From Octopus vulgaris (Eukaryota), in assembly GCA_951406725.2 (NCBI GenBank), contig OX597814.1, positions 224,254,001 to 224,318,000 of the forward strand: DNA of 64,000 nucleotides, in the 5' to 3' direction. This document shows positions 1-13,692 of this stretch, in pieces (the first letter of the stretch is position 1; every line of letters begins with the position of its first letter). Under the pieces are notes generated by a model, which was given only the letters and a program-made list of their open reading frames with translations, ran no database searches and was not told the DNA's origin. The translations under genes were made by a program, and so were the position numbers.

Positions 1-225
1 TTTACTACCCACAAGGGGCTAAACACAGAGAGGACAAACAAGGAGAGACAAACGGATTAAGTCGATTATATCGACCCCAGTGCGTAACTAGTACTTATTT
101 AATCAACCCCGAAAGGATGAAAGGCAAAGTCGACCTCGGCGGAATTTGAACTCAGAACGTAACGGCAGACGAAATACTGCTAAGCATTTCGCCCGGCGTG
201 CTATCGATTCTGCCAGTTCGCCGCC
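1..225 (-). mobile_element. tRNA-derived SINE, family A (octopus OK/OR-type; MetaSINE-like central domain)
   Basis: Reverse strand starts GGCGGCGAACTGGCAGAA (A box), has B box GAGTTCAAATTCC and central GCCTTTCATCCTTTCGGGG; near-identical copies at 27998 and 51421. Confidence 0.85.
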
Positions 226-324
226 TTGTTCACAGTAAAAAATTAAAATTATAGAAAGTGTCAACGGCCACCAGCTGGCTGCAACAAGAAGGCTGCGACG
301 AAATGGGCTGCTTCTATTCTATAG

Positions 325-469
<145 letters not shown>

Positions 470-1378
470 CTATGTAACTTTGTACACAAAGTTTTTGGTA
501 AGTATAACCCAACGATAGATATGCAGATGCGATGTTTGCTGAAAGAAGTCCGCTTAGGCCTAGCTACTTCACACTACACTGCTTGTCTCAGTTTTCTTTC
601 TGGCTTGGTAGATCCAAAAGGTAGGGGAAATAAGTTCAAAATTTTAATTAATTAAAACTGATTAGAAACGGAATGCTGGGAGGAGTGATTTTGCTCTTTA
701 TCTGTATAGTAATAGCTCCCGATATATTTAGATGTCGAACCTCAAGAGAGCACAGTCTAACTAACCACCACTGCTATAGGTATACAGATACAGTTTTTAG
801 TGACTGGACATTAAATGGTGTAATATCCCAAAAGAAAGATTAAATGAATTATACTCTGGATTTTATGAAAAAAACAAAAAACAAAAAAAAAAAAAAAAAC
901 GCAATATTTGTCGATGAGGAAAGAGTAATCACATTTTGGTATATTGAGAGTTATATATATATATATATATATTGGTATATTAGCGTCTGTGAGAGATCTC
1001 TTTCCCAAAATAATACTCTTTATTGTATCAGGATGAACAACCTGAAATCCTATAACATATATTTTCAGATGTAACAGCATAGCAAAATTATCTATTTCGC
1101 CCTTGTTATCTTGTTTCAATTTCTTTAAGGAAATATTCTGTTATTGCAATTGAAATTCCACATTAGAAAACGATAATGCAAAAACCATATGGCGTGTTAT
1201 AGCATACTGAAGAATTATTGACTTGCACAGAGTAAATCTGACACGATTTCCGATAAAAAAAAAACGAAAATCAGAAGTGTGTTAATATAGACATATCAGA
1301 CGGGTATCATTTAATGCAGAAGCAAGCTGAAAAGCTAAGGATTTACAATTGTCTTAGCTGCTAAATCATAAACATTGA

Positions 1379-1790
1379 GGATCTTTTCGGTTTGAACGGC
1401 AGTTTTTAACATAATTTCTAGGTAACTAAAAAATTTTAAACTTCGTATACTGGTTGAATGTGTTTATAAAACATCTTTTTCTCTTGGCTTTATTGAGAAA
1501 ATTCTATAGTTTGTAAGATATTTGTTAGTTTTTTTTCTTCAATTTCTGCAATTTCAACCAATCAATGACGTCTATTGAGGTAAAAAAGAAATTCTGCACC
1601 GTATGAATATGTCCCTCGTTTAAGAAACAGATTGGGTTTATTTACATTTCTGAAGAAAAAAGATACCCTTCCCCCCACCCCTAACCCTAACCCTAAAATA
1701 GATTGGAATGCAATAGATCGATACTAGGGTCATAATTATGGGTGACAATTTCATATGAGATCGCTAGAAAAAACTGCCGTTCAAAGATGC
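1379..1790. mobile_element. Non-autonomous TIR element (MITE-like) with internal (CCCTAA)n
   Basis: Inverted repeats TTTGAACGGCAGTTTTT (about 1390) and AAAAACTGCCGTTCAAA (about 1770); CCCTAACCCTAACCCTAA near 1680; related segments at 5020-5320 and 47405-47540. Confidence 0.65.
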
Positions 1791-1799
1791 AGGGACATC

Positions 1800-2612
1800 T
1801 GTGTGCTATTGAAGCCAACGTTTTCTTTATTCTGGTGTTATATTCACTGATTACATGTTCCATGTTGCAAGTTCCAAGATACAAGTTCTCATCCGATATC
1901 AGCACATTTATGATAATGTTACCAGATGGGCTTCGAGTTATTTCTTGTAAGAACGCTTATCCTGAGCAGACTCCACCCCGATATCTATTGAGATTGTCAA
2001 ATCTTTTTGATACCTACCATATACTTGGTATATATTTTCGCAACGTCTACAAAGCAAAATGTGTTAGGGCGGTGTCTCTGTCTCCTATGCCAATCGCATA
2101 ACCTTCAGATTTCCTTAACAAAAAAGTACAGAAGTGATTTACTGAAAGTTATAAAGGGACTTATATACTTCTGCGATACTGTATCCTATAAGTGACTAAA
2201 GAACCTCTTTCTGTATTTAACTTGAGAATGGCGGTTCAGGACGAGGTCTGATTATTTATGATTTTGATAACGGTGTCTGGGACTTCAACAAGTTGAAGGT
2301 TCTCTAGCAGCCGCGAATGAATGAAAGAATCGAAAGTTTTCTTTAATTCAGTCAGACTCTGTTCAAGTTCCTTTTATACTTGCCACGCCTCTGACATCAC
2401 AGTTTTGTTGATCAAGAATTCTCCTTTCTTTCCAGCTGCTTATTCAGCTGTGATGATATTATACCTATGACAAAAATCTTGGAAGAACAGGCTCAGGCAT
2501 TTTATACATGGGGCTCTGGAATGCAATTGGCCGGTAATTTTTCGACAAGTGTTTTGGGATATGTTTCGTATCTGCCAGCGGCAAACAGCTTGGCTTTTTA
2601 TGTCTCCACTGG
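1800..2612 (-). pseudogene. Decayed non-LTR retrotransposon reverse transcriptase, R4/Dong-like
   Basis: Manual minus-strand translation across stops and frameshifts: KNYRPIAFQSPMYKM, AAGKKG..LINKTVM, LKKTFDSFIHSRLLENL, FLLRKSEGYAIG...THF.FVDVAKIY. These match the RT motifs NYRPI, KKAFDS and HLLFVDDLKLY. Confidence 0.7.
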
Positions 2613-2617
2613 GAGCG

Positions 2618-2629
2618 TGTATGTATATG

Positions 2630-2675
<46 letters not shown>

Positions 2676-2882
2676 GTATGTATGTATGTATGTATGTATG
2701 TATGTATGTATGTAGGTATGTATGTATGTATGTATGTATGTATGTATGTATGTATGTATGTAGGTATGTATGTATGTGTATGTATGCGTGTGTGTGTCTA
2801 TTTATGCAGGTATGTATAAAAGCATGTATGTGTGTATGTTTATGTACAGGCATGTATGTATATATGTATGCGTGTGTATATA
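2618..2882. repeat. (TATG)n microsatellite
   Basis: Seen directly. Confidence 0.97.
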
Positions 2883-3487
2883 CTGGAAGGGAAGTTAAAA
2901 CAAACTAGCCAATATCTCAGTATAGCCGAAATGATTGAAGATAAATAAACAGTGAAGGATTCGAGAGGCAGTGTATATAGACGGTGTGTGTAGATTGAGG
3001 ATTGAATACAAAGTTGACACTGTGTATACATGGATGAGATGATGATGGGTCAGCTTCGATATTCCTTTTAAACTGTATCTTTCCAGGCACATTCAGCAAA
3101 CAGGCAATTGGTTTCCCCTTTCTCAAAGAGGTGAGGAAATCCTAACGGATGTAACATCACGCGCATGTGCACACACACACACACACACACACGCACACAC
3201 TGAGAAACATACACTAACAGACACAAATACTCACGTCACATATATTTACATATACATCAAGAATATACACAAGTACGTTTGTAGATACGCGTTAAGTGTA
3301 CACACATCGACTTACATTTATGCATACTCAAGAACTCGTATGCATACATAGATTGAAATAGGCATTGTTAGGCACACAGATCTTTATTTGTATAACGAAG
3401 CGATCACACACAATCGACAAGAATCCAGTAGAGATATTCATGTCACGCATATACACATGTACGCGCCAAACCGTTTGTAAATTTGAA

Positions 3488-3491
<4 letters not shown>

Positions 3492-3552
<61 letters not shown>

Positions 3553-3599
3553 CTATCTGTCTATCTGTCTATCTATCTATCTATCTATCTGTCTATCTG

Positions 3600-3650
<51 letters not shown>

Positions 3651-3675
3651 GTCTATCTATCTATCTGTCTATCTG

Positions 3676-3739
<64 letters not shown>

Positions 3740-3743
3740 ACTA

Positions 3744-3779
<36 letters not shown>

Positions 3780-3791
3780 GCTCTCTGTCTG

Positions 3792-3844
<53 letters not shown>

Positions 3845-3852
3845 TCTATCTA
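3492..3852. repeat. Compound (CT)n + (TATC/TGTC)n microsatellite
   Basis: Seen directly; explains the SIYL ORFs. Confidence 0.97.
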
Positions 3853-4281
3853 CCTACGATGTATGTATCTGTATAAATATGTATGTGTGTCTATAAATAT
3901 ATTCATATATATATACACATACACACACATATATATGTGTGTGTGTATATATTTTATATAAGTGTGTGTAGGTAGTCATATACGTATGTATGTATGTATG
4001 TATGTATGTATGTATGTATGTATGTATGTATGTATGTATGTATGTATGTATGTATGTACAACAATCGTCAACTGTTTCCACAGACTTATACGCGTACACA
4101 TTTAGGTGCCGAACTATTTACATACGCACATATATATATAAACACCCATAAGCTTGCACATTAAGACAAACAAACGCTGTCAACTAGATATACACTCCCA
4201 TTCTAAGGCGTATCTCCCCCTCCTCCTCGCCCCAAATACATGCACACACAAGCAAACACAAACGATACATACCATTAGCTA

Positions 4282-4797
4282 CCGTAAATCCTCGAGTATA
4301 GTCCGCCCTTGAGTATAATACGCAGGGGATTTTTAGGGGGCTGTACTTAAACCTAAACCTTGTGTATAATACCTACCCCTTCTCTAACTTGAGTCAAGGA
4401 GGTCTATATAACGTCCTTGGTTTGTAAAAATGTATACGGTAACGTCCTTTATTATTATTGTATATATAACATAATGCAAACGTGTAGCTTTTTTGTGCAT
4501 TTTGCTTGCAGAAAATAAAGAAATAACAGTAATAACGGTAACAACGTTTAATAAATGTTGCTTACTTCAAGTTGTGGATGATTCTTTTATGACTTCATAG
4601 CTTTCAGGCTTACCTTAATATATTTTCGCGCCCGACATCACAAAATGCGTCTGAATAAACATTGCGGCACAGCAAATAGAGACTCGGACATTGCTTAGAA
4701 AATAATTTTCATTTTTAACCTCGTATATAGTACGCACTAGGGATTTTGACCTTTAAATTTTGGGAAAAAAATGCGGATTATACTCGAGAATTTACGG
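4282..4797. mobile_element. pogo/Tigger-like MITE, copy 1
   Basis: TA|CCGTAAATCCTCGAGTATA...TATACTCGAGAATTTACGG|TA terminal inverted repeats with TA target duplication; second copy at 24170-24663. Confidence 0.85.
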
Positions 4798-5019
4798 TAT
4801 AGTACATGCTGTTACATAGGAGCGATGAAAATTGTTTCTAGTTGCTGTATGAGAATGCCAGCTTATTTGTTTGTTGTTGTTTAGCTTCAGGCCAGTTCTT
4901 GATGGAACAGACCTCTATGATCGGCAATTACAGTAGAGAGCATCCTGTTTTCTTTTTCATACATAATATTTCTATTTCTATAAATACATGATCCAGTGTC
5001 AAGATGGTAAAATGTATAC

Positions 5020-5320
5020 GGATCTTTACCTTTTGACCGACAGATTTAAAAAATAATTTTTTGTAACTAAACGCTTTCAAACTTCGGACACTGGTAGAAT
5101 GTGTCATAAAAAACATCTTTTACTCTTAGCATTTTTGAGAAAAGCTTATATTTAGGAAGTTATTTCTCATTAAAGTTGTAGTATTTCGGTAATTTCAACC
5201 GATCAATGACGTGTATTCAGTGAATAAAATTACTGCTGTTGTTTGCCAACAAGAACTTCCGGTGGTGTATATTTCGTTTGTCACTGTTATTTATGACAAC
5301 CCTAACCCTAAAACCCTAAT
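5020..5320. mobile_element. Partial relative of the CCCTAA-containing MITE at 1379
   Basis: Shares GGATCTTT start, AAACTTCG..ACTGGT.GAATGTGT, CAATGACGT and ACCCTAACCCTAA. Confidence 0.55.
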
Positions 5321-5377
5321 ATGAGCATGTCCCTTAGTAGCTGGCGATATGTGCATTTCTGATCACGAGTAGAAGTA

Positions 5378-6127
5378 GTGGATGAAGATCTTGTTTCACG
5401 CGCTGTGTCACTTGTTTACCGGGTCTAAGTCATTCCTTACGCTGCTTCATATTGATGTACAAACCAGTAACGATTCGGTAAAGAAATCGTTGCTTGTGTC
5501 CATGATTTGAGCGGTGACGAGCAAGCAAACCAGCGGAGATTGTGGAGCGTTCATTTTTGTTGTTGTCACTTAAAGAGTGCGAAACCCATACTCAATACTT
5601 CTGAACCTTTCCCATCGAGTGAAGATGCTTCTCTATAGCGGTGTGTGAGCATTCCATTTTCTCTGCCAGTTCCCTTGTTGTTTGACGAGAATTTTCGTGC
5701 AAAAGTTGGTTTAATCGCCCTTCATCGAACTCAATTGGACGGCCAGAACGAGGTGCGTCTTTGAGGTAAAAATTTTCATTTTTGAACTTGGCATTCAAAC
5801 CACGAGCGGTTCTTTCAGCTATGGCACCCTCTCCATGCACAGCACGAATGTCGTTAGCAGCTTTTGCGGCCTTAGAACCTTGATTAAACGCAAAAAAAAG
5901 GAGGTGTCGAAAATGCTCGTTTTTCTTAACTTGACATTATATTTTAATGATCTGAAAATAAACAAAAATTAACTAAAATTAACTAGAAAACAACGAAACA
6001 AAATAGATTGCAAAATGATTTAAAAAGAGAATTCTCGAAAAAAATAGATTCCAAAATTTAAAAACGCAATAAATTCCAAAAAAAAAAACAAAAAAAAAAA
6101 CCGGCGGGAACTTAGTTAGCAACCAAT
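5378..6127 (-). mobile_element. mariner (DD34D-type) transposon, 5' half, decayed
   Basis: HFRHLLFFAFNQG...KFKNENFYLKDAPRSGRPIEFDEGRL...TTRELAEKM...WVSHSL (WVPHEL-like)...FLYRIVTG; TIR-like ATTGGTTGCTAACTAAGTTCCCGCCG at about 6102-6127. Confidence 0.88.
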
Positions 6128-6687
6128 GGAATATAGCACTAGTGAAGTATTCCAATTAGATTTAATCGACTAGCCTTTCTCCAAAACTGTGATTTGTGCC
6201 TATGATAAAAAAATGCTTTTGCTTTAGTTATTATTGTTAAAACTGTCACAGCGGAAAAAAAAATATTTTCCGTCTGTGGCACTACATTCCTGAAAACGAT
6301 GCCTATTAATTCCTTCCTTTAACTTCATTCTGATGCTGGTTATAAGTTGAAAAACAGATGTTTCCCTCACTGGAAATACTGCGTATGAGAGGTGTCAATC
6401 TGATTCAACCAAACGCTAGGTAAAAATATACTGAAGCTAAACATAGTTATAAAGTCTTATATATATATACATGTCTATAAGTTTTCCTTTCTGTTGATTT
6501 TGGGTGACATTGTAGCGAAAACTACAATTACTATTCTACCATTCTCACGATAAAAAAAGCAGGAAAAAGACAATTATTATCAACCGAAACTGACAATCGT
6601 GATAATGTTGTAGGCAAGAGTGATGGAGGGTCTGGTAGAGTTGTCCTTAAAAAAACAAAATAATATAAAAAGTTTCAGGTCATAGCG

Positions 6688-6812
6688 TACCACATTTATT
6701 ATCTTAATAATTTACTAAAAGGGAACATTATTGATAAAGACGATTTAAAAGACACACATATATATATACATACTCACACACACACACATATATATACATA
6801 TATATACATATA

Positions 6813-6909
<97 letters not shown>

Positions 6910-6928
6910 TATACACACATACCACTAT

Positions 6929-7010
<82 letters not shown>

Positions 7011-7024
7011 ATATATATATGTAC

Positions 7025-7079
<55 letters not shown>

Positions 7080-7092
7080 ATATATTATATAT

Positions 7093-7123
<31 letters not shown>

Positions 7124-7141
7124 GTACTATAATACACATAT

Positions 7142-7187
<46 letters not shown>

Positions 7188-7326
7188 TTACATACACACA
7201 TACACACAAATACACATATGTATATGTATATATATGTATTTCTGTGTGGGTTTATATGTGTGTGTACCACATTTATTATCTTAATAATTTACTAAAAGGG
7301 AACATTATTGATAAAGATGGTTTAAA

Positions 7327-7367
<41 letters not shown>

Positions 7368-7402
7368 CTCACACACACCACACACACATGTATATACATA
7401 TA

Positions 7403-7451
<49 letters not shown>

Positions 7452-7531
7452 TTACATACATACATACACACACACAAATACACTTATGTATATGTATATA
7501 TATGTATTTCTGTGTGGGTTTATATGTGTGT
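6688..7531. repeat. Tandem duplication of a unique+(TA)n unit
   Basis: TACCACATTTATTATCTTAATAATTTACTAAAAGGGAACATTATTGATAAAGA at 6688 and 7265; GTATTTCTGTGTGGGTTTATATGTGTGT at about 7236 and 7504. Confidence 0.9.
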
Positions 7532-7737
7532 ATGAATGAGTGAGTGTATGAATTATCGTGGGAGATGCGCGAAGCAGTGGTTGAAAGTAAACCAACTTCT
7601 ATAATAGTTCAAATATGTGTGAGAGCTATTTGGATCTCTAGATGGTTCTTCACTGCAGTTTGTCTTAGAGAAAAAAGATCTTACTTGAGACAGAAAAAAA
7701 AAATGCTGTTAAGTACCATAGTCAGCTCAAAGCGACC

Positions 7738-7792
7738 ATTACTGGACAGATAGGTATTTCGAACTAATTTTGTTCTCATCAGCACCAGCAAC
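7738..7792 (-). ncRNA. Minimal type-I hammerhead ribozyme motif (Penelope-like element type), possibly decayed
   Basis: Minus strand: TTGCTGGTG-CTGATGA-GAAC(AAAATTA)GTTC-GAAA-TACCTAT-C-TGTCCAGTAA. Intact CUGAnGA/GAAA core, 4-bp stem II, short stem III, AUC cleavage triplet, stem I TTGCTGG/CCAGTAA. Confidence 0.6.
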
Positions 7793-7869
7793 CGAATAGA
7801 TGAAACTTTCAAATAAGAAGTCTAGTTTTCCTTACAAGAAATCAATCAATCAACCACTCAATCAACATA

Positions 7870-8266
7870 TCTTTATATATAAAAGTAAGGTTGTGTGCTG
7901 TCTGTCTCCTACGATTTAGATTCCTAACTACTCCCACATTTTGCGCTGCAGTTTAACCAAAACCGGGTATCTTATAGTCGTGATTCATATCGAGCCCTTC
8001 TGGGTATTAGCGCGCGTCTACAATGAGTCTACGATTTAAAAAAAAATTACCATCAATTTTTCTCATTTTGAATGCATTTTTGGCATATATAAGGGAAGTA
8101 ACTCTCTAGAAATTTATTATTAAATCTCAGAACGTAAAAAGCTACAGTAACACCCCCCTCCCTTTGTGGTTAGCCATATTAAGATGGCTATTATACTTTA
8201 CATCTCTAAAAATGCTTATATAGTTATTTCCCTTACAAACCCGAGCAACGCCGGGCGATACTGCTA

Positions 8267-8267
<1 letters not shown>
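7870..8267 (+). mobile_element. Non-autonomous Helitron
   Basis: A|TCTTTATATATAAAA 5' end; 3' hairpin CCCGAGCAACGCCGGG then CTAG|T; A/T insertion site. Confidence 0.8.
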
Positions 8268-8310
<43 letters not shown>

Positions 8311-10494
8311 ATACATGTGTGCGCGCACGCACTTACATACACACAGTTAACGAAGGGATAAAATATATCATAAGATGACGAGAAATTTTCTTTGCGCAAC
8401 GTTTAGCAATGGTAAAAGCGAATTCAACTCGGTACTCGGTATTACGGAAATGCATAAGCACGTGCGCAGACACAGACACACACACCAGACACACACAAAC
8501 GCATACACAAATTTACACACACGCACATACACACGCGTACATACAAATATGTGTGAAAACACCTGATTTTAATTTGCCAATCATTTATAAAGTTTCCAAA
8601 CTTAAATATTTTAGTTTAAATATGCAAACTGATTTCATAGAAATAAAAAGTTAAAACAACTGTTTAATATTTATTCTGCACTCGTACATACAGCCGGAAG
8701 TGGAGATTACTAAACCGCATTATATATATATATATATATATATATTTGTTTTAAATATTTTAATTAATTGTATCTTATTTTTTAAACAAGAATATATTTG
8801 TTAAGATATTTCGTATTTTACAAGATTATTTACGTATATTTATTAATTCATATAATTAATTATTTTATTATTGTTGTTATCTTTAACCTGAAAAGTGGCT
8901 ATATTTATATTGAAGTGATTTTACTACTACTACTATTAATTTTACTATTATCGTTTCTTAAATATAGCCACGAAACACGTGTCGTTATTCTACCAAATAT
9001 ATACGTTTTATTTATTATTTTGCACATTACTTAATCATCGTTATATGTCTTATCTTATATTTAATCTTTCTATAATATGTAATTTTTCGAAATGGTATAA
9101 TTTAAGTTTTCTTTATTGAGTTGATAAAAGGTGTTTTTTTTTCTAATTTATATATATATATATATATATATAACATGTATATCTGGTATGTCTTTGATGA
9201 CTATGTAGTGCACACTGCTAGAAACAGCAGCGTGTAAGTCGTCTATGACCCCACAAGTCAGAAAACAATATGCACTCATGTATTTGTCAATAGAGTAGGT
9301 AAATTAATCAAAGTATTCAGATTCTTTTTTCCCCATACCATCTCTGAAGCACATGTGGTATTACTTAACCCTGATGTTATCTGATCCCCAGTTACTTAAT
9401 ACCAAGTGCGGGACTGATTGATAAGATTGGCTGAAATGTATCAGTAATACTGTATACTTTGAAATATGTGTGTGTGTGTGTGTGTGTGCGCTCGTGCGCA
9501 CGTACATGTTTGTACGTATATATATTCTAGGAGCAACAAGCTGAAAAGAAACTATGTCTGCTACTTAGAATAAAGAACTCAACGATATGTCTGAGAATGG
9601 ATAAAATATTTAATCTGCAACCGTTAATCCGACAAGTTTATAAAGTGCTTATGATATCAACAAAATATTCGTTTTAAATACATTTTTAAAAGTAATTTCT
9701 TTGCTGCGACTCAGATATGAAGGGAAGATCTCATACATGAAGACAATATGAAAATTAGGAGCAGAATCATGACTATCGATGTTCCAGGGTCAAATATAAT
9801 TTCATAAAATATTTCATGCAAATATCTAAAAAGAGACGCATATTGAATTAGATACTAAAGGTATATATACAAAAAGAAAAAAAAGCTATAGGATTAAAAT
9901 AATCTGTAGTTATTTCCACTTTTATTTTGCTGGTTTTGTTTTTCCTTTGCAAAACATTCGTCGGAGTCGTTTGTAAAACAACATTCGATGAAAGGGTTGC
10001 TAAACTACAAAAGGCTGAGAGCCATTGATCTACTGCAATTAACGTTCCCAGATGATCTTCATACTTATTATCGACAGCAAGTTTCTTTTAACGACAAATA
10101 AATGGGAAATTGTCCCAAGCGAAACTGCACAGATTGTCAGTAGAAAATATGCACAGTTCGGAAAATGGAGAATCAAGTTCGATAGAAGAATCATTTTCCG
10201 CGACAAATTCGGAACCTAATAAATGTGAGGAAAGTGTAGCGAAATATCAATAACGTGGAATCAGCCAATTCGAAAATACTTCTCGCAAGAAATTTTCTTT
10301 TGCTCTTTCTCATTAGATGTTTTCTCGTTTAGTCCCAGGATAACAGTGACTGAACAGACCTGTTATCAAGCGTATTCCAACCGTAACCGCACCGTATTTT
10401 ACTGGTTTCAACTAAAGGCTGGTGCCATGCTGGAGCACTGCTTTTCAGTGTTTTTGGGTACTCCTTTCTATACTGTTTTTGGTGAAGAGGCGAT

Positions 10495-10730
10495 TTGACG
10501 GAGCTGCTCTTCTGGGATTTCAAAAAGAAATTTGTCGAGGTGCTTTTTGAAGGTTTCCATATCTATGCCTCACAAATCTATGAGGTTCTTTGGCAGTATT
10601 TTGAACAGTTGTTATTCCCTAAAACCCAGGTTGTTGCAGCATTGGGTCCTTATCCAAGATGAAGAAAACGAGATCTTTAGTATTATACAGTGCCGTCCGG
10701 GATCTTTCATATAGATAACCCTGCATAGCT
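10495..10730 (-). pseudogene. CR1/L2-group LINE ORF2 C-terminal relic
   Basis: Minus-strand translation GRHCIILKI...WIRTQCCNNLGFRE*QLFKILPKNLIDL*GIDMETFKKHLDKFLFEIPEE, matching the LFN.LP...FK..LD.FL..IPDEP tail motif. Confidence 0.7.
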
Positions 10731-11361
10731 TTCTCGCCTTCTGTCCAGGGAGTAGAGCTTCACTTCTTGTGGCCTCCCGCAGTAGTTCACCGTGTCAATA
10801 TTTTTTGTGTTATCGAATATTTCTTCAAATTTTTAAGTGGGGAAAGTGTAATCTGAAGAAGCAACCATATAGCAGTGCTCACGTTTGCTTAAATTTGTGT
10901 CAAACTTTTTTGCGTTTGTTTCAAAGTATTCGAAACCTGAATGTTTAAAGGGCATAGGCTACCGAGACAAAAAATAAAAACAAGAAAAAAGAAATGTCGG
11001 TTGAGTTACTCCTAAACTCCAAACAAACATATGAGTTAACAGCTTATATAGTTGCGCCCAACGAGATAATATGTATTCGTTCAGCGGAGTCAGTGTTGTA
11101 TAACAGTTGACACCAAAAAACGAACATTTCGAAAATAGGAAGCTCACCCACATTGAGACAACAAAGAAAGGGTGGAGAAAGATTCTTCGCCAAATTTTTG
11201 AAAAAACCTTATAATTTGTATACTTTAGCGTACACTCTACACTTCTCCCCCTCTCTCTCTACCTCTCTATCTCTTTGTCCTTGTCTGTCTATCTGTCTCT
11301 CTCTTCTTCGCGCTCTCCTTTGGTCTCTTGCTGGCTCTGTTTCTATCCTTCATGGTGTCGA

Positions 11362-11620
11362 CACATACATACATACAGACATACATACACACATACATAC
11401 ATACATACATACATACATACATACACACACACACATACATACATACATACATACATACATACATACATACATGCATGCATACAAACATGCATGCATGCAT
11501 ACATTCATACATACATGCATGCATACAAACATGCATGCATGCATACATTCATACATACATGCATGCATACAAACATGCATGCATGCATACATTCATACAT
11601 ACATGCATGCATACATACAA
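11362..11620. repeat. (CATA)n with a 44-bp higher-order unit containing CATGCATG
   Basis: ACATGCATGCATACAAACATGCATGCATGCATACATTCATACAT repeated about 3 times from about 11469. Confidence 0.9.
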
Positions 11621-11929
11621 TACACACAAAGTCACATACAGACGCACTCATAAGTACATATATTCCTAAACATATATTATGCAAAGAATGGCTGTATATA
11701 CATACATACATATTTACACACACATATATATATATATACAAACACACATTTACACACACACTCACGCTCGCACACACACACACACACACACATACTCACA
11801 TAACTATTTCTCTCCATCACTATGCTAGTGTGTGTATGTCTGTGAACCTGTTTGTGTGAGTCTGTATTTTGATCGTGTGTGCGCGCGTGCGAGCTTGCGT
11901 GTGCGTTTGTGTACATGCGTGTGTGCGCA

Positions 11930-12282
<353 letters not shown>

Positions 12283-13038
12283 AATGACATGAAAACATTC
12301 AACCTTGCATGAAACAATGATGAGAGAACATTTCTGAGAGTCAGAAGAACAGAAAATTCTAACAAAATTTCAAGCGACTTTCTTCTGAAACCTCATATGC
12401 GGGTGGGGTGGGGGTGGGGTGGGGGTACTGTTTTTGGGTGGAAAATTACTAAAAGAAGAAAACAAAACACGAAAATAAAAATGATCTACAATAAAAGACG
12501 ACAAACAAAAGGACACACGTACACACAAACTACAAAGTGAAGGAACAAAAGCCCCGAAGAGTCGTGAGAAATTTTCTTTGCATTATTTTCTAACTTTATT
12601 CATTCGATCGCCCTTTTCTTTCCTTCGGCTTTCTTCGTCTCTTTTCATCATTATTTCTTTCATTATTTATTTCTAGCCTACATTTCTTTCTTTTATTCAT
12701 TCATCTTTTTCTTACTCTCTTCTTCATCGTGTCCTTTCTTTCGGCTTCTCTTCTTTTTTATCGTCTTTTTCTCTTTATTTCTGTCTCGTTTTTTTCTTTT
12801 GTTTCTTTCTCTTCCGTTCTTTCTTTCTTTCTTTCTTTCATTCGTGTTTCTTCTTTGGATTTTCATTCATCTTTCACACTTTCATTTTCTCTTCCTTTTT
12901 CTTACGTTTTTTCTTTCATCCAGTCGGTTCTTTTTCCCCCTAGTCCCCTGTCTTTCATTCGTATTTCTTTTTTATATCTCTTTCGTGCAGTCATTCATTC
13001 ACACGCTCTTTTTTCTTTCCTTCTTTCTTCCTTCCTTC

Positions 13039-13091
<53 letters not shown>

Positions 13092-13142
13092 TCAAACATT
13101 ATCGTCCATTCATCCATTCATTGATTTATTGTTGGTCTTGTT

Positions 13143-13201
<59 letters not shown>

Positions 13202-13601
13202 TCTGTTTCATTCCTTTCTCGTCAATTTACTATGTGTTCTTTCATTCTTCCTTTCTTCTCTTCCTTTCTTCTCCTTTCTTCATCCACCGCCACACATCCA
13301 CAAACACACTCACTCTCTCAGACTCCCCTTTTACTTCAATGGCTCATGTTCGGGATTTTGTTTGTAGGTTAATTTACTGAAGACCAACGTACATACGCAC
13401 CGACGTAAGTTTACACATCGGCCTTTACAATACACATTCCAAGTAGTTAGTCAGACGGTGTAAAACCGTCCAGAACACACAAACGTTTCTTCTCCGTTGT
13501 CATGCCACGCCCTGTAAGTCAACTCGAATGTTCTCATAGGGACAATAGAGTAGACATTTAGAAGTGATCGTATAGAGTGGGGGCGGAGAGAGGAAGATAG
13601 A

Positions 13602-13644
<43 letters not shown>

Positions 13645-13655
13645 TAAATAAACAA

Positions 13656-13692
<37 letters not shown>

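Noticed and set aside
1679-1697. (CCCTAA)n as a telomere or interstitial telomeric site
   Set aside because: Only about three units, internal to a repeated TIR element (also at about 5300).
3087-3130. 44-nt plus-strand micro-exon (TTTCCAG|...GAG|GTGAGG)
   Set aside because: No recognisable peptide and no partner exons; such signal pairs occur by chance.
10090-10252. Ser/Glu-rich open frame (ENMHSSENGESSSIEES...)
   Set aside because: Short, bounded by stops, no clear splice sites or recognisable domain.
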